Origin: Cyanobacteria bacterium auto_48_18
GTDB lineage: Bacteria; Cyanobacteriota; Vampirovibrionia; Obscuribacterales; Obscuribacteraceae
Assembly (NCBI GenBank): GCA_036170915.1
Contig: JAVHQC010000011.1
Coordinates: 185,315 to 219,166, forward strand
Length of the DNA stretch: 33,852 bases
Reading direction: 5' to 3'
The position numbers and the translations under genes are program-made. This document shows positions 16,987-26,246 of the stretch, in pieces. How positions within the stretch are numbered: the first letter of the stretch is position 1; every line of letters starts with the position of its first letter. The notes beneath the pieces are model-generated. The model was not told where the DNA came from, made no database searches, and worked only from the letters and a program-made list of their open reading frames with translations.

Positions 16987-17517
16987 GTGCCTCAAGCTAC
17001 TGAAGTGACTGAAATTACTGAAGAAGAAATGGTAAAGCCCCTGGCCGAAGAGGACGGGTGGCAGATAGCCCGCGCATCGTTCACCAGAGAACTGGCGCAC
17101 TATAGTTTGCGTGGTGGCATCGCTTTGGCCATTCTTGGCACTCTTGCCTATGCTGCTTTCTGGGCCTTTGATCAGATAGTGAAAATGCCTCCTGAAGCCA
17201 TGAGCGGCGTGCAAAAAATTCTTTCCCCAGTGCAAAAATATTTGCCCTTTGGCGGCACTACTGGTGGTGCCAAAGTAGTTACTGATAAACCGTCTGGGGC
17301 TGAAGTAAAGTCGCCTTCGCCGACGCCCACCCCCAAAAATGTTACTTCAGCTTCGGCCAGTAAAGCTAAGTCAACTAGACAAGGCAGAAAGCGCAACCGG
17401 CGCATAGCGTCTAAAGGCGGTCACGGTCATGTGCGTCCAGTACAGGCCGGTGACGACCCTACCGGCGGCAGGGTCACATACCGTGACGGCATGATTACGG
17501 AATATTCTTGGAAATAA
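16987..17517 (+). CDS. Hypothetical single-pass membrane protein with Pro/Ser/Lys-rich linker
   Basis: TM helix GGIALAILGTLAYAAFWAF; low-complexity linker; short terminal domain GGRVTYRDGMITEYSWK. GTG start uncertain. Confidence 0.62.
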   Translation: MPQATEVTEITEEEMVKPLAEEDGWQIARASFTRELAHYSLRGGIALAILGTLAYAAFWAFDQIVKMPPEAMSGVQKILSPVQKYLPFGGTTGGAKVVTDKPSGAEVKSPSPTPTPKNVTSASASKAKSTRQGRKRNRRIASKGGHGHVRPVQAGDDPTGGRVTYRDGMITEYSWK

Positions 17518-17668
17518 CAACCAGGTGCATTGCTGCAACACCCGGAACCCTTGCTCTGTCTGTTTTCTCAGCCGGTTATAGCTATCCCTATACAAGATTA
17601 TGCCCTACCCTATAATTTGCCGCTGCTCCCATAAGCTAGCCTAGGCAAAGAAGCAATGCGGTAGATTA

Positions 17669-17971
17669 ATGAACAAAACTAACTTTGTGGCAGATTTTCT
17701 CGGCAAACTTAAGTCTAAGTTGGTCACGCCAGCTCAAGAAGATCAAGAACCGTGCCCGCTTGCGCGCCTTAAGCAAATGGAATCACGCATAAAGGAAAGT
17801 GAGGCTAATCTGATAGACAGTGTCAGCCGCCAGAAAACCACAGTGCGTGAAGCTGCTGTGCGCTGGTCCAGTAATCCTGACAGTTATGTTCGTCAGCAGA
17901 TTCTTAAGCCGCATCAAATGCTAGGCAATAGCAGCAATTTTGAAATCGACCCCATGGCCAATTTGGACTAG
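17669..17971 (+). CDS. Hypothetical protein (100 aa)
   Basis: ATG-initiated ORF filling the gap; TATAAT at 17611-17616 upstream; no family recognised. Confidence 0.55.
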   Translation: MNKTNFVADFLGKLKSKLVTPAQEDQEPCPLARLKQMESRIKESEANLIDSVSRQKTTVREAAVRWSSNPDSYVRQQILKPHQMLGNSSNFEIDPMANLD

Positions 17972-17993
17972 CCTCTTCAGACTTGTGCTTGCT

Positions 17994-18539
17994 CTATTTG
18001 GCTTTGCCGGAAAGCTCTTTTACTTTTGCCAATTCATTCTCCAGGTCGGCCGTAGATTTGTCGGCCTTTTTAGAAATGTCGATGGCGCGCTGATAGCTCG
18101 CTTGTGCTTCGGCGTATTTTTTTTCTAAAACGTAAACCTTGGCCAGGCCGACGAGGTCGGTGACCAGATCTATGTGCATCAGGCCTAAGGCTTTTTCATG
18201 CATTGCCAGGCTCTGACTGTATAGCTGATTAGCTTGAGCACCATCACCTTGGGCGTAATAGAAATTAGCCAGATTGGCTACCGCAGCGGCGTGTTCGGGA
18301 GAATCAGCGGCCATAATCTTGGCGGCTTCTATTGCTTCTTTATACTTCGCTTCAGCGGCGGCTTTGTCACCGCCTTTGAGTGCGGCATCAGCTTCAGTGG
18401 TCAGTTTCTTCCAGGCTGCTTGATCTGCTGCAACAGGCGTAGAAGTAGTTGACAATTCGCTGGAGGCCTGATTGCAGGCTGATAAGCTGATTGCTGCCGC
18501 AGCGGACAAGAGAAAGATACCAAGACTTTTAACGCTCAT
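17994..18539 (-). CDS. TPR lipoprotein (kinesin-light-chain-like TPRs)
   Basis: Lipobox LSA-C; NLANFYYAQGD...LYSQSLAMHEKALG..HIDL...GLAKVY...KYAEAQASYQRAIDI. Confidence 0.85.
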   Translation of the reverse strand: MSVKSLGIFLLSAAAAISLSACNQASSELSTTSTPVAADQAAWKKLTTEADAALKGGDKAAAEAKYKEAIEAAKIMAADSPEHAAAVANLANFYYAQGDGAQANQLYSQSLAMHEKALGLMHIDLVTDLVGLAKVYVLEKKYAEAQASYQRAIDISKKADKSTADLENELAKVKELSGKAK

Positions 18540-18729
18540 AATGCAACCTATTATTTGAATGTAAGCATTATGAGCAATGGCGCCGTAACATTCCAGAGTC
18601 TTTTCCTTTGGCCGACGTTAACTTTATTTGCTATCAGAGGAACCAATCTGCCGCACGGCCAGTCTTTACGTCAAAGTAAACAAGCGGCATTTTGCCTGGT
18701 ATCCTGCAATAACTCAGAGGTTGGACAAA

Positions 18730-19857
18730 ATGTATTCGGGCAAAGTTTTAGTGGCTCTCTTGGCTTTAGCCACGCTCAACATGAGCACATTGCCGACGTT
18801 CGCCGCAGATGTCTCTAAACCCAAAGACACGGCCACAATTGCCGATCCGGTTCAGCACGGGGTTGTTAATCGCGACGCTGAAGCACTGTCGCCCACAGCA
18901 GTGGTCGCCCCTGAAATCAAAGAACCTTTCGTTGAAAAACTTCCCCGTTTAATTCTCGCTTTATCAGGGGGTGGCTGCAAAGCTGTAGCTGAAATTGGCG
19001 TGCTACGCAGCTTTGAAAAGCACGGTATCAAGATTGATGGCATAGTCGGTACAAGTATGGGCTCCACTGTTGGTGCCCTTTATTGCGCTGGCGTGTCTGT
19101 AGACGATATTGAGAAGCTTTACCTTGATGACACGGCGCAAAATGCCATGCTCAAAGGGGCAATTCTGAGCGTCGTAACTCGGCCCATTAAACCGATTTTG
19201 TACTTGTTCAAAGGCAGGCCCTATGCTGGAATTACCAGCGGAGACGGTTATTTAAAACTATTGCAGCAAAAGCTTCCGGCTACATTTTCTGAGCTGAAGA
19301 TTCCATTTGCCGCAGTGGTAACCAATTTGACCGATGGTGAAACTACAGTGTTGACCAAAGGTGATTTGCCGCGATCGGTTCTGGCCAGTAATTGCGTGCC
19401 CACCCTCTACCGCCCAATGATGATTGATGGAAAACTCTATGTAGACGGCGGTCTGAAAGCCAATCTCCCTTCGAATATCGCTCAAAGCATGGGAGCCGAT
19501 ATCGTTGTCGCTGCTCTCTGCGACACTGCTGTTAAACCTGTGGACAACAAACAATTTAAATCGAAAAAACAATTGATCATGCGCGTGATGGACATTATGT
19601 TAGCCAATGCCGACAAGCAACAGGCCCATGCCTCAGATATTCTCATTTATCCTGACGTAGATTTTGTGCCGGGCCTGACCAAAGACAAAGCCATATTGAG
19701 ACGCGCAATCGACGTGGGGCAGAAAGCGGCAGATTCTGTTGCCCCTAAGGTTCGTGCTCAACTTCTGGCTCTTGATAAATCACACGGGCGTCGTGCGGTT
19801 GTAGAAATACCCAGCAAAATCGATGATGCTGCAGCAGTAGAAGTAAAAGCTGATTAA
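18730..19857 (+). CDS. Exported patatin-like phospholipase (RssA/NTE-like)
   Basis: Start moved to ATG 18730, giving signal peptide MYSGKVLVALLALATL...FAA. Motifs LALSGGGCK, GTSMG nucleophile elbow, YVDGG. Confidence 0.9.
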   Translation: MYSGKVLVALLALATLNMSTLPTFAADVSKPKDTATIADPVQHGVVNRDAEALSPTAVVAPEIKEPFVEKLPRLILALSGGGCKAVAEIGVLRSFEKHGIKIDGIVGTSMGSTVGALYCAGVSVDDIEKLYLDDTAQNAMLKGAILSVVTRPIKPILYLFKGRPYAGITSGDGYLKLLQQKLPATFSELKIPFAAVVTNLTDGETTVLTKGDLPRSVLASNCVPTLYRPMMIDGKLYVDGGLKANLPSNIAQSMGADIVVAALCDTAVKPVDNKQFKSKKQLIMRVMDIMLANADKQQAHASDILIYPDVDFVPGLTKDKAILRRAIDVGQKAADSVAPKVRAQLLALDKSHGRRAVVEIPSKIDDAAAVEVKAD

Positions 19858-19873
19858 TTGGGTGCTGGAATAA

Positions 19874-19879
19874 TATAAT
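19874..19879 (+). promoter_or_regulatory. Putative -10 element (TATAAT) upstream of the acyl-ligase fusion
   Basis: Perfect TATAAT in the short intergenic gap. Confidence 0.4.
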
Positions 19880-19933
19880 GGGTCAGGAAACCCTGGGTTA
19901 AACAAAAACTGAAATGTGGGTGTGAATGTAAGT

Positions 19934-22774
19934 ATGGTGGTGAAGTCGAATCACATGGATGGTAGTAAACCAGTTTTGGACTCGAATGTTTTAGCTGATA
20001 CCACCGGTAGTGCTAATGGCAGCAAGGTCACGTCAGACAGCACGTCAACTCGCACCCTACGTGACTTAATCGATGGCTTTGATGCTCATGTTGCTAAGAC
20101 TGCCATCGTCAGCTACGGCAAAGATAATTCCACCAGCATTACTTACAATGCTCTGCTGACGCAAATTCGAGAAGTTGCTGCTGCACTTTTGAGCAAGGGT
20201 ATTAACAAGGGCGACAATATTATTTTCTTTGCCCCTAACTCGTCTGCATGGATTATCAGCGCTCTAGCCACAATCTATACAGGGGCTACAGTGGTGCCTG
20301 TAGACTCGCAACAAAATGACGATGTGCTCAGGCACATTGTTGACGACAGTGCAGCAGGATGGATTTTTACTGACGAAAAGGGCTCCAAGCGTCTCGATAA
20401 AGTCTTGCCTAAAACCGGTGCCAAAGCCAAGAATACTCACCGCATTGTCCGTCTTGATGTTGTGGACACAGAAGAGAGCTGGAATAAAATTTCTGCTCAA
20501 GCTGACGTTGCTTCAACTAAATTTCCGCCCATGGATCCTAAAGATTTTGCCGTATTGTTTTACACATCAGGCACCACAGGCACTCCTAAAGGCGTACCGC
20601 TCAATCACACAAATATGTTGCTTCAATTAGACGAAGTAATTTCTCAAATTGATTTGCTCAAACAAGGTGATCGGGTGCTCTTACCTTTGCCTTTGTTCCA
20701 CGTTTATCCGCTCAATACAGGTCTCATGGCTCCGCTGCTCATGGGCCTAACCATTATTTTGCCGAGATCTTTAACCGGCCCTGAAATCATGCGAGCCATC
20801 AATGATGGCAAAGCCACCGTGATAGTTGGTGTGCCACGCTTGCTGCGTTCACTTTATCAAGCCATCGAAACCAAGCTCAAGAAAAATCCCATCGTTGGCG
20901 CTAGTTTTAATGCCATGCTCGAATACTGCATCGTCATGGATCAAATGTTCAATGTGCGTCCGGGCAAAGTGCTACTCGCACCTATACGCAAAAAGTTTAG
21001 TCCGACTCTACGTTTATTCACCTGTGGTGGTGCGCCTTTACCCAGTGAACTAGCTTACAAACTGCGGGCCCTCGGTTGGGAAATTGGCGTAGGCTACGGG
21101 CTAACCGAAACCGCACCATTGATTACTTTCCGCATGCCCACAGATCGTGATCTTGATGGCGTTGGTCAAGCTATCACAAAAGTGAAAGTACGCATTGAAC
21201 CTCTCAAAGAGCCAGACGAAAGGCTTGAAAAAGGTTCAGGCGAAATTGCCGTCAGCGGCCCCAATGTTTTTTCGGGCTATCGTAATCTGCCTGAACTGAA
21301 TAAAGAAGTATTCACTGAAGATGGCTGGTTCAAAACAGGCGATCTTGGCATCATCAAAAATGGCAGCCTGCATGTGATTGGGCGCGCTTCGTCTACCATC
21401 GTTATGGAAGGCGGAGAGAAAATTCAACCTGAAGATGTCGAAGATCGCATCGCCAAACAACCTGCCATAGCTGAAATTGGTTTATTGCAAGTAGACCATA
21501 AGTTGGTGGCACTGGTGATGCCTGATAAAAAAGAAATTGGTGACAAAGACGCAAAAGCAGCAGTTGCAAGTGCGCTCAAAGTTGCCTCAGGTAGCCTAGC
21601 TTCTTACTTGCAGGTCACTAATTTTGCCCTGACAAATGAAACTTTGCCGCGCACTAACTTGGGCAAAATCAAAAGGCACGAATTAAAACAACGCTACGAA
21701 CAGGCTCTGTCTGAAGATGGCTCAAATAAGAAGAAAAAGGGTAAAGGCGCGCAGGGGCAAGATGCGCAAGTTTTAGATTCAAACGATCAGATCTTAGTGG
21801 AAGAGCCCGCTGCGGTAGCCACTCTTGAATGGTTGAAGAAACGTTTTCCTGATCAAGATATTACTCTTGATACCAGCCCACAATTAGATTTGAACATCGA
21901 CTCGCTTGAATGGATGCACTTGACTCTTGAACTTGTGGAACACACTGGAGTTGAGTTAACTGGCGATGCCATTGCGCGAGTAACAACTGTGCGTGAATTG
22001 CTGACTGAAGTGGTGGCATCAGCTGAGGGCGGCGAAGGTGCTGTTTCGCCCATTGAAGACCCTGATCACTATATAACTGACGAACAGCGAGAATTTCTCA
22101 TGCCTCTCACAGGCTGGAAAGTGCCGGCAGCGAAGGTGGTTTACCACATCGTAATGACAGCTATGATGCCATTTAGAGTAGAGGCAGTTGGTTTAGAGAA
22201 TATTGCCAATTTAAAAAACTGTGTCTTTACCCCCAATCATGCCAGCTATCTTGATGCTTTTGCTATTTGTGCGGCCTTGCCCGAAACAGTCACTAAAAAA
22301 ACTCAGTGGGCAGGTTGGACCGGCATTATGTTTGCCAATCCGGTCTTTTCATTCTTAAGTCGCTTATCGCGCGTTATTCCCATTGAAGCAAAACAGTCAA
22401 TTTTCGCCAGTCTTGCCCTTTCTGTTTCGGTCCTAAAGCATGGCAATAACCTGGTTTGGTTCCCAGAAGCTGAACGCACTTTGACCGGTAAAATGTTGCC
22501 ATTTAAACAGGGTATTGGCCTATTGCTCGAAAAAAATGAAGTGCCTGCAGTGCCCGTTTATTTAGACGGCACAAGACAAGCACTGGAGCCCGGCAAGTAT
22601 TTCCCAAGCTTTGTTCAAGTTCGCGTAATCTTTGGCAAACCCGTCACCGGCCCTGAACTGGCAGCTGAGGGAACAGGTAAAGATAACGCTGAAAAAATTG
22701 CCAACGCTTTGTTTAACCGCGTCAAAGAGTTGTCTAAACAGGCTAAAAACAAGCCACCGGAGAGCGGCTCTTAA
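19934..22774 (+). CDS. Long-chain fatty acid adenylation (AMP-binding) domain - acyl carrier protein - PlsC-type acyltransferase fusion
   Basis: ANL motifs YTSGTTGTPKG, GYGLTE, WFKTGDLG, LPRTNLGKIKR; ACP site DLNIDSLEW; PlsC motifs NHASYLD and WFPEAERT...FKQG. Start uncertain (GTG 19916, ATG 19934 or ATG 19955). Confidence 0.9.
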   Translation: MVVKSNHMDGSKPVLDSNVLADTTGSANGSKVTSDSTSTRTLRDLIDGFDAHVAKTAIVSYGKDNSTSITYNALLTQIREVAAALLSKGINKGDNIIFFAPNSSAWIISALATIYTGATVVPVDSQQNDDVLRHIVDDSAAGWIFTDEKGSKRLDKVLPKTGAKAKNTHRIVRLDVVDTEESWNKISAQADVASTKFPPMDPKDFAVLFYTSGTTGTPKGVPLNHTNMLLQLDEVISQIDLLKQGDRVLLPLPLFHVYPLNTGLMAPLLMGLTIILPRSLTGPEIMRAINDGKATVIVGVPRLLRSLYQAIETKLKKNPIVGASFNAMLEYCIVMDQMFNVRPGKVLLAPIRKKFSPTLRLFTCGGAPLPSELAYKLRALGWEIGVGYGLTETAPLITFRMPTDRDLDGVGQAITKVKVRIEPLKEPDERLEKGSGEIAVSGPNVFSGYRNLPELNKEVFTEDGWFKTGDLGIIKNGSLHVIGRASSTIVMEGGEKIQPEDVEDRIAKQPAIAEIGLLQVDHKLVALVMPDKKEIGDKDAKAAVASALKVASGSLASYLQVTNFALTNETLPRTNLGKIKRHELKQRYEQALSEDGSNKKKKGKGAQGQDAQVLDSNDQILVEEPAAVATLEWLKKRFPDQDITLDTSPQLDLNIDSLEWMHLTLELVEHTGVELTGDAIARVTTVRELLTEVVASAEGGEGAVSPIEDPDHYITDEQREFLMPLTGWKVPAAKVVYHIVMTAMMPFRVEAVGLENIANLKNCVFTPNHASYLDAFAICAALPETVTKKTQWAGWTGIMFANPVFSFLSRLSRVIPIEAKQSIFASLALSVSVLKHGNNLVWFPEAERTLTGKMLPFKQGIGLLLEKNEVPAVPVYLDGTRQALEPGKYFPSFVQVRVIFGKPVTGPELAAEGTGKDNAEKIANALFNRVKELSKQAKNKPPESGS

Positions 22775-22775
22775 A

Positions 22776-23435
22776 ATGATCGCTGAGATCACAAAGGGCA
22801 GAGAAATGGAGCCGGTCTGGCCCTCATTGCTAGCTTTACTTGCCGCCGGCGGACTTCATATGGCCCTGCCTGATGAATTGGCGTTTGGACCCCGCTGGTC
22901 GCTGCTGGCCGTGGTGATGATTACGATGGTGCCGGCGCACATCTTTCACAGCAAAGGGCATCATCAATTTTGTAAACCAATTGGGTTTTTTATCATTAGT
23001 GCAGTCACCATAGAATTGATTATTTCTGTGGTACTCCTTGTGCTGGCCATACCGCGCCACGTGGAAACACCTGAGCAGCTATTGCGATCAGCTGCAGCAC
23101 TGTGGGTGACAAATATTCTTACTTTTGCTGTTTGGTACTGGCGCCTTGATGCTGGTGGCCCACACAAAAGAAATATGCGCGACGCGCATACTGACGGGGC
23201 TTTTCTTTTTCCACAAATGACAGTGGAAGGCCCATGCGATTCAAAAAACGATCAGGAAAATTGGGCACCACTTTTTGTTGACTATCTTTTTCTCGCCTTT
23301 AATACCAGTACTGCCTTATCACCCACCGATGTACCAATTTTATCTCGCTGGGCCAAAGTTTTGATGATGATTCAGTCTGCCATTTCACTGGCTGTGGTGG
23401 CGCTTCTTGCTGCTCGGGCGGTAAATGTTTTATGA
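22776..23435 (+). CDS. Multi-pass membrane protein, DUF1345-like
   Basis: Start moved to ATG 22776, 1 nt after the upstream stop. Several TM helices; WYWRLDAGGP..R, FLFPQM, WAPLFVDYLFLAFNTSTALSPTDV.ILSRWAK.LMM.QS.ISL, LAARAVNVL. Confidence 0.8.
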   Translation: MIAEITKGREMEPVWPSLLALLAAGGLHMALPDELAFGPRWSLLAVVMITMVPAHIFHSKGHHQFCKPIGFFIISAVTIELIISVVLLVLAIPRHVETPEQLLRSAAALWVTNILTFAVWYWRLDAGGPHKRNMRDAHTDGAFLFPQMTVEGPCDSKNDQENWAPLFVDYLFLAFNTSTALSPTDVPILSRWAKVLMMIQSAISLAVVALLAARAVNVL

Positions 23436-24586
23436 TTCGCTTTGGTGAGCTACTGGTGAGATTAAAGCTTGTCAGCGAGGTTGATCTTAATGACGCGCTG
23501 GTGGTGGCGCCTCAATTTGGATTGCCGCTTGGTCGCACTCTGGTTTTATCAGGGCGCATCAGTGAGTCAGAATTGCAGCTGGCAGTGGAGTTGCAACCGT
23601 TAATTGGTCAAAACATTTGCACTATCGATGATGCTCGCAAGGCCGCACAAATGGTGCGAGCGAGTGGTGTAAGCCCGGCAGATGCGCTGAAGAAAATAGG
23701 CGTTCAAGCCGCCACAGACAAAGCCACGCTAGGCTGCATTCTTACTGATGCAGGTCTATTGACAGCAGCGCAGTTAGAGAACGCACAAAAAATCAGCTAT
23801 GAAACCGGAATGCGCTTGGGTCGTGTGTTGACTTTGAACAACGTCATTTCCCACCCGCTTTTAACCCAGGCCTTAGACTTGCAGGCAATGGTGCGCCAGG
23901 GTCGCATGTCGTTGCCACAGGCGGTAGAGATGCTGGTGGTCACAGCGCCGAAACACGCTCTGCCGCTCAAGCTCGAGTCTCATGGCTTAAGGCCGGCGCC
24001 GGCTAGAAAGCAGGTGCGTTTCGGCGAGTTTTTAGTGATGTCAGGTCTGGCCAGCGAAAACGAGATACTTAATGCCATGGAGACCAGCTTAAGCAAACAG
24101 CTTAGTCTGGGAGAGGCGATTGTGGCACTAGGACTGATTTCTGAGTCTGTATTTAAGAAAGCCGAACGTCTACACGAGCAGGTCAGCACTGGTGATATTG
24201 CCTTAAACCAGGCTACTGAAGAAATTTATCGCTTGATTCATGGTGATCGCACACAATCGAAAGACGCCCTTAGTGAAAGTAGTGACGTGCCCTCTCCTGT
24301 GCTGGGAGAATTGCTTAAAATGACAGGTTTCGTAAACGATTCAGACATTGTTGAAGCTATTGAGCTCAGTAGTCGCTACCCCGCCTTGATCGGAAAAATG
24401 TTGGTAGTGTCCGGGGCCATAGATGAAGCCACCCTGATCGCCTCGCTTCGTTGTCAGTATTTATTAAAGCACGGTTTTCTTGCTGTAGACCAGGCTGTTA
24501 AAGCTTTGCAGTACACACGGAAGAACAAAGTCAGTTTTGATGACGCCATGGAAGAACTGGGTATCGCTAAGCCCACTGGTATCTAA
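23432..24586 (+). CDS. Stand-alone protein made of four MshEN (T2SSE_N)-like domains, no ATPase
   Basis: Eight RLGxxL-type half-motifs: RFGELL, PLGRTL, TLGCIL, RLGRVL, RFGEFL, SLGEAI, VLGELL, LIGKML, each followed by xxGhh...L..A. ATGA overlap with the upstream gene. Confidence 0.8.
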   Translation: MIRFGELLVRLKLVSEVDLNDALVVAPQFGLPLGRTLVLSGRISESELQLAVELQPLIGQNICTIDDARKAAQMVRASGVSPADALKKIGVQAATDKATLGCILTDAGLLTAAQLENAQKISYETGMRLGRVLTLNNVISHPLLTQALDLQAMVRQGRMSLPQAVEMLVVTAPKHALPLKLESHGLRPAPARKQVRFGEFLVMSGLASENEILNAMETSLSKQLSLGEAIVALGLISESVFKKAERLHEQVSTGDIALNQATEEIYRLIHGDRTQSKDALSESSDVPSPVLGELLKMTGFVNDSDIVEAIELSSRYPALIGKMLVVSGAIDEATLIASLRCQYLLKHGFLAVDQAVKALQYTRKNKVSFDDAMEELGIAKPTGI

Positions 24587-24607
24587 GCCCACTGGTGTCT
24601 AAGCACT
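24567..24607 (+). repeat. 16-bp tandem repeat (two copies plus partial) spanning the MshEN gene stop
   Basis: CTAAGCCCACTGGTAT (24567-24582), CTAAGCCCACTGGTGT (24583-24598), CTAAGCACT (24599-24607). Confidence 0.8.
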
Positions 24608-24642
24608 AAATACGGTGCGCGCAAGTAATTTTAGGTGTGCGT

Positions 24643-25017
24643 CTATTTTAAGACGCGCATTTTTTTTGTAATTATGGTTTCACGATTGTTACTATCAATG
24701 CACTGCACTGTAATTAAACGATCACCCGGTTGTGCGTCTTCTACCATCTGCCATTGCCAGTTAACCGTGCCTGCGGCATCGGCTCTTTTCTCGGCTAAAT
24801 TCGGATGGCGACTGGCACTGCCGTTCGGCTTCTCTACTGTGATCTGGCAAAGTGAGTTTGGCATGGTTTGCACCGTGACGCTGCAAGGCTCGCCTCTGTG
24901 CACAGTCTTAGTCATGCCAATAAATTTGGTCTTGGATTGAAATGGTAGTGCCTGCACGGGTAGAGCCGTGACTAGTAGAAGTGTGATAAGCACTAATTTG
25001 CTGATAACTTTGCTCAT
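24643..25017 (-). CDS. Small exported beta-rich (Ig-like) protein
   Basis: Start moved to ATG 25017 (GGGAG RBS); signal peptide ...ALPVQA; V..GE..SVTVQT.PN..C.I.V..P.G.....L..K.ADA.G.V.W.W......PG...ITV.C. Confidence 0.7.
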   Translation of the reverse strand: MSKVISKLVLITLLLVTALPVQALPFQSKTKFIGMTKTVHRGEPCSVTVQTMPNSLCQITVEKPNGSASRHPNLAEKRADAAGTVNWQWQMVEDAQPGDRLITVQCIDSNNRETIITKKMRVLK

Positions 25018-25217
25018 GCTAAACTCCCGATTGCCTTTGCATAATACCAAGTAACTAACCAACAAATGAATATTTAAACAGCTACGATTCTGGAACCAAA
25101 TGTTTTACTTGCCGTCTACTAACTCATGGCATTGAAACGGAATGCCGGCGGTATCATTTATGGCATCTGCCCACGAGCCCCAGTAATTCAAGTTATATAT
25201 AGGATAGGAAATAGTAA

Positions 25218-26123
25218 ATGAAAAGAGTGATTACAGCCAAGACATTGATGCTGGCCTTTGTTGTCGCACCAGCCTTGGCAACGGCCGTCAGCGGTATCGC
25301 CATTACCCCGGCAAACGCACAGGGTTTTCAAGATGTGTTGAGAAATGTTCTTGGCACCCAGAATAACAATAATAATGGTTTCAACAATAACGGTTTTAAT
25401 ACCAACAACAACGGCTTCTACAACGGCAACAATAATAATAACTATGGAAATTTGAGCGCCAATCAAATGACCTCCATGCAAAATTTAGATAATAGCCGCG
25501 CTCAAGCTAACGCTAATATCACAACGGCTGTTAGCAATGGCACTCTCACGTCAGCCCAGGCGCAGATGTTCCAAAATCAGCTTGCTCAAAATGCTAACGA
25601 TCAAGCAGCTTACATTGCCGCCAACAATTTTGGTTTTACGCAAGTACAAACCATTTTGAATAATTTCAATTCGGTAAACACCAGCATCAATGCAGCCATC
25701 GCAGCTGGTGTAGCTAATCCTACTCTCAATAGTGGCGTGATCGGAAATGGTGGCACATGGTTCCAACGTGGCTCTAACTCTCCTAGATGGAATCGTGGTC
25801 GCTGGAACGACGGATATGCAAATAATTATTGGACATCATTCGAAAGCGCTTTGAATGCAGTGCAGGTACGTTTGCAAACTGGCTTAAATACAGGGCAACT
25901 CACATCACACGAATATCGTCAGTTAAAAGCTCAATATGATCACATAGCTAATCAGGGTCAACATCTCAAAGCTAATGGCCGCAATAATTTCAGCGGCATC
26001 ACACGCAATAATCTCGAGAGAAGCCTTGATGATTTGAATGCATCAGTGACAGTGCAATGGCCAATAGAGACCGGGGTGGACGTCGTAACGGCGGCTGGCG
26101 TTAGATTGAAGCTCAACAGTTGA
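25218..26123 (+). CDS. Exported Asn/Gln-rich protein with two helical repeats; C-terminus possibly frameshifted
   Basis: Signal peptide ...PANA-Q; NNNGF repeats; units ANITTAVSNGTLTSAQA and VRLQTGLNTGQLTSHEY. Confidence 0.72.
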   Translation: MKRVITAKTLMLAFVVAPALATAVSGIAITPANAQGFQDVLRNVLGTQNNNNNGFNNNGFNTNNNGFYNGNNNNNYGNLSANQMTSMQNLDNSRAQANANITTAVSNGTLTSAQAQMFQNQLAQNANDQAAYIAANNFGFTQVQTILNNFNSVNTSINAAIAAGVANPTLNSGVIGNGGTWFQRGSNSPRWNRGRWNDGYANNYWTSFESALNAVQVRLQTGLNTGQLTSHEYRQLKAQYDHIANQGQHLKANGRNNFSGITRNNLERSLDDLNASVTVQWPIETGVDVVTAAGVRLKLNS

Positions 26124-26130
26124 TAAATGG

Positions 26131-26160
26131 AGGCCCGAAGCGATTCGGGCCTTTATTATT
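26131..26160 (+). terminator. Rho-independent terminator
   Basis: AGGCCCGAA-GCGA-TTCGGGCCT perfect 9-bp stem with GNRA loop followed by TTATTATT. Confidence 0.8.
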
Positions 26161-26246
26161 AACCGGCCGAATATCAGTAATCAAGCTGCGATAAGCGCTT
26201 GCCGTAAAGTATCATTCTCACTAACGAAAATCGTTTTGGAGAATCT

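Noticed and set aside
19934..22774. NRPS/PKS biosynthetic cluster
   Set aside because: No condensation, ketosynthase or thioesterase domains; the A-ACP didomain is followed by a PlsC acyltransferase.
22632..22775. N-terminal extension of the DUF1345-like ORF
   Set aside because: Lies within the acyl-ligase gene; ATG 22776 directly after its stop is more plausible.
24567..24607. CRISPR-like array
   Set aside because: Repeats are 16 bp, directly abutting with no spacers, and no cas genes are present.
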